Assembly: GCA_951406725.2 (NCBI GenBank)
Contig: OX597819.1
Location: forward strand, 64,170,001-64,234,000
DNA length: 64,000 nt
Source of the DNA: Octopus vulgaris
Taxonomy: Eukaryota
Direction: 5' to 3'
Positions within the stretch are counted from its first letter, which is position 1, and each line of letters opens with the position of its first letter. The notes under the pieces were generated by a model. It was given only the letters and a program-made list of their open reading frames with translations. It ran no database searches and was not told where the DNA came from. The position numbers and the translations under genes are program-made. Below are positions 13,412 through 27,070 of this stretch, one piece after another.

Positions 13412-14267
13412 TATTCTATATATTTATAAGCATTTAATGCTTAACTTTTGGCATGTTTATCGTGTTAAATTTCCGTTTTTTCACCTCACTTGAAAACGAC
13501 TACGTTAAATTGGGTTCATGTCCTCAACTTCTTCAATGCACTCTAAATACGTATCGATTCCCATCGTCCGTGTATGCATGTCTGGCAGCTTGCTTACATC
13601 CACAATGTTCTACCCACATACCGTCGCACGCTTATGAACAGTCTCACATCAATTACTCTAGTTGATTTGTTCATGTCAAAAATTGCAACATGATTCGATG
13701 TATAAAACATATGCCTACGCTATAATAAATTCGATTATAGTTATCGCATGCAGCGTTATAAAATGTCAAGGCATATGCACGATGTTGTGAGATAACCAAG
13801 AAATATAATTAGAACACACTTGAAAACAGGATGTTACGGGACCTGAAATTATGACACACTTAATTCATTTATGAAGAGACACTCCAGAGAAGAAAAAAAT
13901 ATAATTGAAACAAAAAGGAGAAAAATGAAAGCAAATAATTGTACGAGTTTAATCATCGAGCACATTTGATCGACCTAATAATTTAATGAGTATGCCTCCA
14001 TTTGGACGTCAACTACGTTACTTTAATCAGGTGGTGATGCTTAGCTAGTAAATGCGTAAATAAAAATATAATTAAGCAAATAAAATGAATCTTCCCAAAT
14101 TATAGACACCCGCAATCATAAAAACATGAATGATTATAACTACATCCATATATAAATGAATGTAAACACATATATAAAAATGCATATATATTTATGTAAC
14201 TGTACATATATATATGTATATGCGTGTGTGTGTGACCTTAAATAGTACGTTTTTATCTAAGTATATT

Positions 14268-14326
<59 letters not shown>

Positions 14327-14758
14327 ATAATATATATATATTTATATTTATATATATACTAAAAATGTAAGCAGTTAAATACGCATAACTACATACAACT
14401 TTACACACACACACACGCGTGTGTATACATGGCTATTGATTTCTACACAAGAATATAGAATTTCAGTGTCAGCTGAATTGTTGTCATCTTGTGCTAACAT
14501 TAATCCAAGCCATTTCCAATTAATACTTTCCAAAGACCTCTTTATTCTTATACAATAAGAAAGATATTAACATCTGGCAGAAACAGTGAAAGTTTTATTT
14601 GGCTCCCATTCAAATTTTAACATCCTTAGCAGACATTTCTCTTACATTGTAATATATAAGCTGTGTTGTCAATTATCGGATTTTAGGTCTGGATTTTTGC
14701 TTCACATTTAATCATGTGTTAGTCATAAAGTTGAAACGAACGTGTTCAAAGATCATAC

Positions 14759-14987
14759 CGCAATAACAAAAGAAACGCGTGCAGAGAAAATACGATGTTG
14801 TCGTTGACATTGTTGCTGCTTTCGTTGTTGTCTCTGTTGTTGTTGTTGTTGTTGTTGTTGTAGCTGTGTTGTGCGTAGCGGTTTGCATTGAAGATGGCGC
14901 TGATGAGTTATGCTGGGTGTTGGTGTTTGTGTTGCAGGTGGCGATTATTGATTCGATTAAGCGTGTCTCTTTGTTTGGAGTGGGAAT
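14759..14987 (-). other. Candidate internal exon, Thr-rich open frame
   Basis: Acceptor TTTTATTTTCGCAG and donor CG|GTATGA. One frame is open throughout: [19 protein letters not shown]...TTTTETTTKAATMSTTTSYFLCTRFFCYC. No homology recognised. Confidence 0.3.
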
Positions 14988-15046
14988 CTGCGAAAATAAA
15001 ATGAAATCATTATACCAAACACGCCCGATTTATATACCATATACGC

Positions 15047-15148
<102 letters not shown>

Positions 15149-15154
15149 TGTATG

Positions 15155-15196
<42 letters not shown>

Positions 15197-15212
15197 TTAA
15201 TTTAAAATTTAA

Positions 15213-15263
15213 AATGAGGGTGAGAAATTAGACATTAATTTAATTAACATCGATTTCACACAA

Positions 15264-15264
<1 letters not shown>
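15213..15264 (-). repeat. Isolated pLTR tail fragment
   Basis: GAGGGTGAGAAATTAGACATTAATTTAATTAACATCGATTTCACAC is nearly identical to 13093-13138 and is embedded in (TA)n. Confidence 0.75.
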
Positions 15265-15343
<79 letters not shown>

Positions 15344-16090
15344 TTATATATGTATATATGTATGCATAGATAGATAAAAAGATAGATAGAGAGATAGGTG
15401 TGTGTGTATGTGTACAAACACACGGACACACACAGATGTATATGTCTAAATTTGTATATACATGTATATACATAACTGATTTATATCCACTATTAAAATA
15501 TTGGAAATATTAGCTTAAATAGAAATTAATATTTAAACATCTTCTTCATATGATTTTGTTGTGAAGCGAAAATAAATATAGTCCCCTGCCTGACTGATTC
15601 ACATCTTCCAAACTGCTCCTCACAGAGATATCTTTGCTTCATTCGTGAATGAATAACAGAGAAAGGGAATCTGTTATATAAATCAGTCAAGAATGAGTCT
15701 AACTTTGCGGATGGAATAGCGTATTCCGTACACTTTTGCATTTAATTCTCGCTATTAATCGAAAAATCTTATGCTGTATATGAAAATCAGCCTGAAGGAG
15801 AAAAACTGACATGCGCTTCAATATTGCCAAACTTAGCTCGAAGGAATTTGCAAACGCAACTGAAGAGAAATTATGGCATGGTCTCTCAATGGACTGATTC
15901 ATAATTTATTATCGATAAGGGGTCTTACCTAAATAAATGTTCATCTTCCGTTAATTTCTAATGCAACAACATTAGTTCGAGCAGTGGATGTTTACTCGCT
16001 ACCTCTTTCGTCTCGCATAATCAATCATATTATTTGTCAGACCTTATTTCTCGTATCAGATGCACCTTGCTAAAAATATCCAAATGTTTA

Positions 16091-16167
<77 letters not shown>

Positions 16168-16536
16168 ATGTGTAAGTGTGTGTGTGTGTGTGTAAGTGTG
16201 TGTATATCTACGTGCATATATACGTGTGTATGCACGCACGTGTATCTGCGTTCTTTTATTATTTTATTCTTTTACTCGTTTCAGTCATTTGACTGAATAT
16301 AATATATGACCATATATAATATATATACACATATACACACACATGCACTCGACCACATACACACGTACACACACATACACACATACGCACGCACACACGT
16401 AAAACAGATACATCAAAGATGAAATTCAAGGGCAGAAGAAAAGACTTAGATAAATGTGTTAGAAGTTATATATATATATAAGCAATATTAAATCTTTGAG
16501 CGAGGTATAAACAGAAGCTGCACGACGTCATGAAAG

Positions 16537-16631
16537 ATATTTGCCACTCAAATGTGGCAAAGCCATAAGTGTGGATACAAGCTACAGTAGCATCCACACT
16601 TATGGCTTTGCCACATTTGAGTGGCAAATAT
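16537..16631. repeat. Perfect 40 bp inverted repeat (hairpin)
   Basis: Arms 16537-16576 / 16592-16631. The loop itself contains GCTAC-A-GTAGC. Abuts (TA)n. Confidence 0.9.
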
Positions 16632-16634
16632 AAT

Positions 16635-16699
<65 letters not shown>

Positions 16700-16883
16700 C
16701 ACACACGTATAAATCTGCTAGTTATTCTATTAGTCACTCTTAATCGTAGAGTTAAGTTTTCGGGGCGGTAAAAATCCGACACATGCTATCAAGCACTGGA
16801 TGCTGGGGACAGACAAAAAACAGAAGTAAAGCAAGATCCATACATAAATATATACATTTGAATATATAAACATACATATAAAT

Positions 16884-17010
16884 ATACGATGGGCTTCTTT
16901 ACAGTTTCCTTCCAATTCCACTCACAAGATTGTGATCGTTCCGAGAATCTTGTAGGAGACATTTTGCGCAAGGCAACATGTGGCTGCGAAGCAAGTTTTT
17001 CACTGCACCA
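16884..17010 (-). mobile_element. SINE family A, degenerate 5' half
   Basis: ACGATGGGCTTCTTTACAGTTTCC..CCACTCACAAG matches the reverse complement of the SINE A head. Confidence 0.7.
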
Positions 17011-17300
17011 CAAAGCCTGTGCTAATATCATTACATTCGCTGATATATATTTGTATTATGTTAATCATTAAGTCGTATCCACTTCGGTAACATTTAATCT
17101 ACAGACGCCTGTTTTTGTATTACGCATCAGGTATTGTTTTGCTTATTGCTACTTATGCTGCTATTGTTGTTATTGTTAATGATGATGATGATGATGATGA
17201 TGATTATCACGGGGAGGAGGTAGCTGATTAGGATTATGATATATTATTTGAAGTTAGTTTTTTTCGTTAAAGGGGATAAAAACATCCTTTTTTTAATATA

Positions 17301-17867
17301 TTGGTTTGTCCGGAAAGTTCGTGCCGATTTATAATAGCTTACCAATCAACTAATTTTATAACATGGTTGAGTCCATAAAATAGGATTTGACTACACCCCC
17401 ATTTATAGCACAGTTTAAGCTATCTTTTCGTGGAAGAAGGTTTATGTCCCTATAACCTGTGTTAATTCTTTAACCCTTTAAAACGGAAGATAAGAAAGTT
17501 CGTTTTCGGCACTTGATGCTTTGGGAACCAGACAAAAATTGCTGCGGCTCGGCTGGGATGTGTTACCTCATCCTCCATATTCACCAGATATTGCTCCTTC
17601 GGATTTCCACTTATTCAGGTCTCTGCAGAATAGTCTTAATGGTAAAAATTTCAATTCCTTGGCTGATGTAAAAAAAATGCCTTAGTGAATTTTTTGCCAT
17701 AAAACTACCTCAGTTCTGGGAAGAGGGTAATTTCAAGTTAAAGGAAATATAGAGACGCTTTCTGCAACAAAATTGTTCATATTTGGTTGATTAAGAATGC
17801 AACGGCAAGTATTTAATGACCATTTTCTTTTCTTTAAAAATCGGCACGAACTTTCCGGAGAACCCAA
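17301..17867 (+). mobile_element. Internally deleted Tc1/mariner transposon
   Basis: 30 bp TIRs TTGGTTTGTCCGGAAAGTTCGTGCCGATTT / AAATCGGCACGAACTTTCCGGAGAACCCAA flanked by TA. Internal translation LGWDVLPHPPYSPDIAPSDFHLFRSLQNSL carries the mariner YSPDLAP motif. Confidence 0.93.
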
Positions 17868-18189
17868 TATTCTCTAACATTTCGTATTTCATTTTCGACT
17901 TATTTTACATGCTTGATGCTCAATATTATTTCGGTTGTGTCTTGTTTTATTTTATAGTATTTGATGTAAATTGCGTATTTCTACAGTAATCTTATTTCTA
18001 CAAGACCAACGTTACAGTTGTGCTCATGGGTCTCAATGCCCCTTGAATTAGTTGCTGAATGTAACTCCTGCAGTGAGTCAGAGAGGATACACTTAGAGTG
18101 ATCGGCGTAACATGGGTCCATAGGAAGCATCCAATTGAACTAAATGATATATTTTGCATATTGTGTGTTTACGTTTTCTAATCGAACGT

Positions 18190-18700
18190 TCTTCTAATTG
18201 CTTCTGCAGTTGCTTTTGTTATTGTTGTTGTCATTATTGTTGTTGTTGTTGTTCCCCTTCTTCCTCACTTTTCTTCTTCCTCGTTTTCTACTACTTTTCT
18301 TCTTCTTCCTTCTCCTTCCTCTCCTTCTTTTCCTTCCTCTTCTTCTTTTTCTTCTTCTTCCACTCTTGCTCTTCTTCTTTCTTCTTCTCCCTCTTTTCCC
18401 CTTTTCTTCTTCTTCTTCGTCTTCCTCATGTTCTTTTTCTTCTTCTCTCCCTTCTTCTTCCACTTCTTCTTCTTCTTCTTTTTCTTCTTCTTCTTCTTCT
18501 TCTTCCACTTCTTCTTCTTCCCCTTCTTCTTCTTCACCTTCTTCTTCTTCCACTTTTTCTTCCAGTTCTTCTAATTCTTCTCATCATGATCACGACGACG
18601 ACGACCACCACCATTATCATCATCACCCTCATCATCGTCATCGTCCTTATCGTCGTCGTCGTCATCATCGTCATCATCATCACCATTGTCAATATTATTA
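18190..18700. repeat. Compound trinucleotide microsatellite (TGT)/(TTC)/(CAT,CGT)
   Basis: Directly visible. Explains the poly-L/E/K/S ORFs. Confidence 0.9.
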
Positions 18701-18886
18701 ATGGCCATCTTTTTCTCCTTCTCTCCGTATCGAACTCAAATACGCAGGCGCATACACCAAAACTATAGAATAACATTGACTGTACAACATTGCATCCGTT
18801 TCTGATTTTTTTTTCTTCGTATAACAAGTCTTATTCTTTATCGATGCACTTTCTGAGCACCTTTATACGGATCCAGCTGTTCTCTT

Positions 18887-18944
18887 TATTCAAACATCTC
18901 AGGAGAATGCTTCTTAACTCGGTTTCATCATAAAGTCTCTCCAG

Positions 18945-19022
<78 letters not shown>

Positions 19023-19073
19023 CTGGAGAGACTTTATGATGAAACCGAGTTAAGAAGCATTCTCTTGAGATGT

Positions 19074-19080
<7 letters not shown>
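18887..19080. repeat. 194 bp near-perfect palindrome with (TA)n centre
   Basis: 60 bp arms at 18887-18946 / 19021-19080 with one mismatch, around a self-complementary (TA)n spacer. Confidence 0.9.
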
Positions 19081-19131
<51 letters not shown>

Positions 19132-19136
19132 GTTAT

Positions 19137-19170
<34 letters not shown>

Positions 19171-19183
19171 ATATATGTATATG

Positions 19184-19227
<44 letters not shown>

Positions 19228-19394
19228 AACGCAAACGCGCACACTCGCACACACACATACCTAAATATATATATACACACACACATACAAACATAAACAC
19301 ACACATATACACAAGCGTATACATTTATGTATAGATATATACACACAAATAAAGATACGCACACGCAGACACATAAGCATATACATACAGTTGA

Positions 19395-19560
19395 AATTTA
19401 TAGAAAAACAAAAGAGGAAGGCAGGTGTATGAATAACAAACCTTTTACGTTTCGAGGTTAAGCTCTGCAACAGAAATGAATAAAAGAAAATTGACAGAGA
19501 GTGAATGAAAAAAAAAACTTGTAGATTTCAGTTGTCCAGCATGGCGAATGATTGGAAAAG
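19395..19560 (-). mobile_element. Degenerate copy of the minimal-HHR repeat of 27195-27425
   Basis: Minus strand reads TTT-CTGTTGC-AGAGCTTAACCTC-GAAACGTA-AAAGG (19441-19478). The adjacent segment matches 27371-27413. Confidence 0.6.
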
Positions 19561-19581
19561 ATGAGGTTGAAGGAAAGGGAG

Positions 19582-19662
<81 letters not shown>

Positions 19663-19665
<3 letters not shown>

Positions 19666-20219
19666 GCCCTGATGCAGTACCAGGCAGTGGCTCTCATGGC
19701 TTCTGATCTTAACTGATTGGAAGTGTTATCATGTACATTGTTTTGTCTTGGTATAAAGGATGGGCTACAGCAAATATTCTGCTCAATACCACAGATTTGC
19801 TTGTCAGTTGTTTGACCTTAACCAGTTGAGCATGTCCCTAGGTGGCTGACGATATGTGCATCTCTGATCACGAGCAGAAGTAGTGGGGGAGCATCATAGC
19901 CATGTGTTGAGAGGGATTCTTTGGGGTTTGAATAGTTCACCTCTGGAAACATGGGTGGTTCTTTCAACATCCTTAAACAACCCTTTTTCAGGGACCTTTT
20001 GAGTGGGATGGGCTACTCAACCTGAGGAAAATTCTAACTGGGCCCCACCTGCAAGGTCATGTGCTGTTTATCTTGATATGAGATCACCATGTCGCGCACA
20101 TATGGTTGTGATGCATGTGCCTGGTGTACCCTTATCAGACGGGTAGTCATGATGGGTATATTGGGCTTCGTATATTTTACCCCAGTGTCACTTTGATGGC
20201 ATGCACTGCTCTCTCACTC

Positions 20220-20220
<1 letters not shown>
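19663..20220 (+). mobile_element. Non-coding retroelement segment inserted in (TAA)n, possibly a LINE 3' UTR or non-autonomous derivative
   Basis: About 560 bp GC-richer block precisely bounded by long pure (TAA)n tracts. A minus-strand fragment recurs at 38135-38200. Confidence 0.6.
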
Positions 20221-20302
<82 letters not shown>

Positions 20303-20524
20303 TAATAATATAATAATAATAATAACAGTATTAAAAGTTGAATGAATAGGAGATGATAAAGTGCAAGTGATCCTAAGAGCAGGTGGGCGTGCGTGTGTAT
20401 GTGAGAATCTCTGCGCATGTGAGATATTCATCCTACATACATAAATGCATTCATACACCTTTACATAATTTCACATTTCATTACATATAATGGTTGCCAC
20501 AGTTACTGGTCGTATCTTCTTCTT

Positions 20525-20555
<31 letters not shown>

Positions 20556-20932
20556 TTCTTCTTCTTCTTCTTCTTCTTCTTCTTCTTCTACTTGTTCTTT
20601 TTCTACTTCTCATTATTGTCGTCATCATTATCACCATCATGGTTATCATCATCATCATCATCATCGTCGTCGTCGTTGTTATTATTATTATTATTATTAA
20701 TAATAATAAAGATAATAATAATAATAATCAGAAACACGCACACACACAGGCACAAACATACGCAAATACACACACACACAGGCACAAACAAGCGCAAATA
20801 CACACACGCACACACACATACACATACACATATATGTATATACATACCTCCAAAATGTATTTATACTCACATTCATGTATGTATGAATAAACATATACAT
20901 ATACCTATACATATATATATATATATATATAT

Positions 20933-21818
20933 AGAGTAAACACTATGTGGTCGACTCTAGCACTAAAAATAGATCCTCTAGGTTTCAGCCACAGAGAATT
21001 GTTTCCGATGAAAGTTAGCACGACTACTAGCGCAAATGAACAGGGCAAATAAAAGTAACAAAAATGCAGATTAGTTCAGGACAAATGTTTCGCTATTAAT
21101 AAATTATGTAATTTTACTCACATAACATATCTGTAGCTCTTCAGCCGAACCCGTCCAGAATACAATTTACTCAACCGCACACTAGATTTTACCATAACGA
21201 TAAACACACGTGCGGTTCAGTCGATTGCATTCGCTGTTATAATTCAAGTGTCCCTGCCACAGCCCGCCAAAATTCACGGAAACAGATGCTACATCCAAAA
21301 TTAAATGCAGTATAATTACAATCAACTAAGGGTGAGAAAATTGGATACTAATTTAATAGTACATCCATTTAACACCAAGCGGCTTATTGCATAAAAACCT
21401 GGATTACGATAAATTTTATACATAAATATAAGAGAGTAACCACTATGTGGTCGACTCTAGCACTAAAAATAGATCCGCTAGGTTTCAGCCACAGAGAATT
21501 GTTTCCGATGAAAGTTATGTGAGTAAAATTACATAATTTATTAATAGCGAAACATTTGTCCTGAACTAATCTGCATTTTTGTTATTTTCATTTGCCCTGT
21601 TCGTTTGCGCTAGTAGTCGTGCTAACTTTCATCGGAAACAATTCTCTGTGGCTGAAACCTAGCGGATCTATTTTTAGTGCTAGAGTCGACCACATAGTGG
21701 TTACTCTCTTATATTTATGTATAAAATTTATCGTAATCCAGGTTTTTATGCAGTAAGCTAGTTGATGTTAAATGGATGTACTATTAAATTAGTATCCAAT
21801 TTTCTCACCCTTATTAGT

Positions 21819-21820
<2 letters not shown>
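20933..21820. mobile_element. HHR-containing PLE pLTR or retrozyme-like element: 500 bp partial tandem plus inverted copy
   Basis: Direct repeat with period 500 (CACTATGTGG at 20941 and 21441). Inverted arms at about 21328-21517 / 21623-21812. 21518-21707 is the reverse complement of 20933-21125. (TA)n at both ends. Confidence 0.85.
21074..21150 (-). ncRNA. Type I hammerhead ribozyme
   Basis: GTTCGG-CTGAAGA-GCTA..TAGC-GAAA-CATTTG-TC^CTGAAC. Stem I 6 bp, stem II GCTA/TAGC, minimal stem III, GUC triplet, predicted cut between 21080 and 21079. Confidence 0.82.
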
Positions 21821-21894
<74 letters not shown>

Positions 21895-22002
21895 TAAGGA
21901 TTATATTATATATATTATTTATATATGTTAGGGATTATATTAATAAACTGTTTACAGATTTAACGCAGAAACATTACACACGCGCACACACACATTTATG
22001 TA

Positions 22003-22039
<37 letters not shown>

Positions 22040-23547
22040 AATATAATCCTTAACATAGCAAATAGAGAGACTTTCAGCACATTCTTCCGACCTTCGAGTC
22101 TCTGAAATCTCGTCTTGCCGGGGCTAGTTATATCTCCCAGGTTTGTATTAGACACCAGTGTTTGAGCAATGCTGATCACTTTTCTTAAAGCACATCCACG
22201 TACGTGTACTAGAGATTTGTATTCAAATGAGTCAATCATTCTCTGTTATCTACATCTTAGAGGCAACATATGATCTCTGCTATGGTCATACGACATGCTA
22301 AATTTTGCGTTAAATCTAAATCGCATTAACTTAAAAGAAATTAAGCATATATTTGTACAACAAACAGTTTATGAATCATATAAAAAGAAACGCATTATTA
22401 GGGATTCAATACATTTAATAATACAACTGGTTGATCAGGTTTGTATTCGGCCAAGTCATCACAAGCATAAATACAAGAGGTTTTATGAGTAGCGAGTGAA
22501 GGGTGAATAACAAATGGACTTTAACTGAAAGCGTAAGGTGCTTAAACTATTTTCAGCGGTGCTGTAGATGAAATCAACATATTTATTGCTCGTATAATAC
22601 CGTATTCCATAAAGTGTTAGGAAATTGATTACATTAAATTGCATGTATTCCCGTTGCACACACGTCATTATACTTATTATCAGAGATCGACAACAACATA
22701 ATTATTGGAAATTGGTTTAGAGAAACATTGCATACAATATTTACATTTAAAGACACATTTCGTCATAAATTCCGTTCAAAGATATAAATATGAATTACAT
22801 ATCCAAATCCCAAACAGCTGATTGATTCTCTTTCGCATCAAATTATATCATTTTCTCGTTTATTGAACCTACATAATGTGATATGAAAACGATGGGTCTA
22901 TTGCGAGATCCATCCCTTAGTGGAACACAGCAATTGTTAAACAAATAAATATTTATTGTTAATAAAGTTTTGATAATGTGAAATATAAGACTATGAAACG
23001 CTGATCCATTATGATCCAATCAATTCGGAAAACAGAAAATATTGAATATCCGTGCTGCTACTGTCATGAGATACACAAGACGATTGGCTGAACTTGGTCA
23101 GCCGTTGTCAACGTAGGCGGATTTTTAGTATCGGACTACAGCTTTTCCTTTAATGAAATTTTGCTAATAAGATTTACTAAGACATCAAGAAAATGTTTGC
23201 AATTATCTTAAGTAAAGCTACTAATAAAGTATGAACCATATACATTAAAAATTTATGGCATCGTTTAAATAAGTAAATAAAATATACAATCACTAACAAA
23301 TTCAATAATGTAATTGTTGTAGCCGCTATACATAAATTGAATTAACTAATGTATTTGTAAATGTCAAGTATGAGACAACGTTCAGTATCAATGTAGTGGA
23401 GACAATTGATAGGTCTTATATATTTATGTTTAGTGTGTAATAATATTTTAGTGAAAAGTACGCTCGAACGATTATAATCTACGACACTAATCTACACTTC
23501 ATATTCAAACTTAGACAAGTAGTGTAGCCAAGGTATTACACTCCCAC

Positions 23548-23647
<100 letters not shown>

Positions 23648-25057
23648 ATATATAAATACATATATACATACATATATATGTATATATATAAATATATATA
23701 TATATATATGCACACACAAAAGGCGCAAAGTACTGGAGATTCATATATATATATACACATATATAGATAAATAGAGAAATAGACAGACAGACAGGCAGAC
23801 AGACAGACAGACAGATGACAGATAGATAGATGGATAGATAGATAGATAGATAGAATGTAAAACAATTATTTAATATCGAGCAAGTAACAGCGCGATGCTT
23901 AAGTAAAATGCCTTGTCATAATTTGAAAAATCAAAAAAAATATAGAAAAAGATCGGAAGATTTATATTATGCCGTGTAGTTTTGAAGAAAACAATAGTCC
24001 ATTACGGGTGACGCTTTGATTGATGCATAAGCACATTTGTGTCAGCCGGGCCTCTGCAAGAAATCGTTGCTCCTCCGATGAATAACAGCAAAAATCTTCC
24101 TTGGATAAACCCATACTGTTTAAACAAGAACGTGCTATTTGGATTCTATATAGGTTCATTATGCATGCCAGACACGATGGGCCTGTCATAGCGCTTGCAA
24201 TGTAACTTCTGAGTGCTGACCGGTGGCTAAACTACAACTAAATAACACCTGTATATTTATAACGTGCACATTGAAGTGCACATTTTATTGAATGGAAAAT
24301 TCAAATAAATCTGTTAAAATAATATATCAATGGAAATTATTTTGGAACAGAGATATCCAAAGAAATTCATCTAGTTTAGAATTCCCAGATACACAATACA
24401 GCACCGAAAATTATATTCAGCTGCGAGGTGGGTATTGAAGTTATAATATTGTACTCAGGAATATATTTCAGTGACGGCACACTCGTTAAGCGAGCAGAAT
24501 CGAAGGTGATGCTCTAGCATTATAATGCTAATGGTTAAAACGCACTGAAGAAATAGGACAAGGAAAACAGTTGTAGCTTACTAACATAATTTTTGAACTT
24601 CGACACATTACTCTGAGAGTTGCAGAGGTACATGTAGATACAAATGTAAGGGATAATGAAATTGGGATGAAACTGTGGAGAATACATTAGCAATGTAATT
24701 GTTTTATAAGCGTTTGTGCATGTATGCATGTGTGTATATGTATGTTGGGTCCCAGCATCCAGATAGTCGGGCTGCTGCTAGGAAGATTTTGGTCAATGTG
24801 GAATGAATTTTAGATCCCTTGCACACCTTAGGATCCACATGCGACGTTATCTGCCATGGGTTTACGATGACGTGAATGGGTTTAAGATGATGTTTTCATC
24901 GGTCACAAGTGTATCTCTCTATCTATCTGTCAGCCTGCATGTCCGTCTGGCTGGCTGCCTATCTGTTTGTCTGTTTGCTTCTCTCTCTCTCTCTCTCTCT
25001 CTGCCTGCTGTGTGTTTTTTGTCCTTCTGTCGGCTTGCATGTCTGTCTGTCTGTTTG

Positions 25058-25226
<169 letters not shown>

Positions 25227-25293
25227 CTCTGTCTGTCTGCTTGCCTGGTGTCTGTTTTTGTCCTGTCGGCCTGCATGTCTGTCTGAGTGGCTG

Positions 25294-25332
<39 letters not shown>

Positions 25333-26429
25333 CTATATTTGTGTGTGCGTGTGTGTGAGTGCATAAATCTGTATCTCTGTTGCGGTCTATGTCTCAAAAC
25401 ATATTCACATTCACCACATCTAGATTCGCAAAACTCAAGCTTACTATTTAATTCTTGTCTGCTCTCCTCCCAATACTATTTTCTGCTATAAGAATCATCG
25501 TAATTCAACTTCATTTTTATTGCCATAATCATTACATATATTCATACGTGAATTCTCAAAATATGTTTTTTTGTTATTTATTTTATTACCATTGACAACT
25601 GCCAAGCAGACTGATCGTTTAAAATCTAAGCAAACCGGAAAACATATTCTAGACATAAATAATAATCATGGCCGATGCACAAATTATATAATTATTGCAA
25701 ACATGATGCCAACGTAATAGCTAGAAAATAATTTCTGTCGTAGAATTTTATCGTAATTATTGTAAGTTTTTAGAGTTTCCAATAACGACAATGAAATTTA
25801 GAATAGAAATTTAACTACCTCAAATATGTTCGTTTATAAAAATGTGTGATAAAATTGTTTGAATATTCTCACTTATCATATTCCATATTTGCTTATTATA
25901 TTAAATACAACACGATGACATTTACTTTATGATTTACAAAACACAAAAATATACAGGGCGGAATAAAAACTTATGCATACATTTTACATCATCGTTAATG
26001 GCTTCGCTCTTGCTTCTATGATTATCATTTATTTGTGATTTGCAAGCTCCCACACACACACATACGTCTATATGTAAGTACATACACATGTATAATCTTT
26101 ACAACATATTCACTTGTTTAACATATATATTCATTTATATTCATTATGTTTCACACTCAGTAACAGCGCATCAATGATATTTAGTAAATCAGATATCTTT
26201 AGATATTTAAATGTTAGAAACCTCATAGGAATCTACAAAAACTTCAACCATATAAATTCCACGTATATTTATATATTTATAGGTTATGAAGTACAACATT
26301 ATTTAATGTTTCTGTTATTTTGTATTCGGTTATAAAATTTAAAATAATTATTTCTGAATTTTGTCAGGCATTGTCTTCTTCTGCCAGGTTATTATGCATG
26401 CCTACAGCTGGAATGCGACGTAAAAATAA

Positions 26430-27070
26430 ATATTTGCCTTACTGACATCACATTTGAATATATAACAAAACTTGAAGGCTGGCTATCAAGTCTTTTCTAT
26501 CATTTATTACATGTCAGCATTATATGAACTATAATCGTAAAAAAAACATTACTTAAATATTTATCTTTCAAAATATATAGTAGAGTAAATATAAAGATTT
26601 TAAAACGTGGGAGGTTTATTTGATTATGTAACTAATTTCAGCTCATAGTTTAATATAAACATTTTGGGGGGATTTTTGTAACTAAATTACAGGTGTTTTA
26701 TACATATCAGTTCAGTATCAAAACCCACGAAAAGTAAAATATCAACAACATATATTTGCCTTACTGACATCACATTTGAATATATAACAAAACTTGAAGG
26801 CTGGCTATCAAGTCTTTTCTATCATTTATTACATGTCAGCATTATATGAACTATAATCGTTAAAAAAATCATTACTTAAATATTTATCTTTCAAAATATA
26901 TAGTAGAGTAAATATAAAGATGTTAAAACGTGGGAGGCTTATTTGATTATGTAACTAATTTCAGCTCATAGTTTAATATAAAAATTTTGGGGGGATTTTT
27001 GTAACTAAATTACGGGTATTTTATACATATCCGTTCAGTATCAAAACCCAAGAAAAGTAAAATATCAACA
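26430..27070. repeat. Near-identical tandem duplication, period 322 bp
   Basis: 26430-26748 is repeated at 26752-27070 with scattered substitutions. Confidence 0.9.

Noticed and set aside
18154-18827. Long poly-E/K/L/S ORFs resembling acidic or membrane proteins
   Set aside because: Open in nearly all frames because of (TTC)n/(CAT)n repeats, with no splice or homology support.
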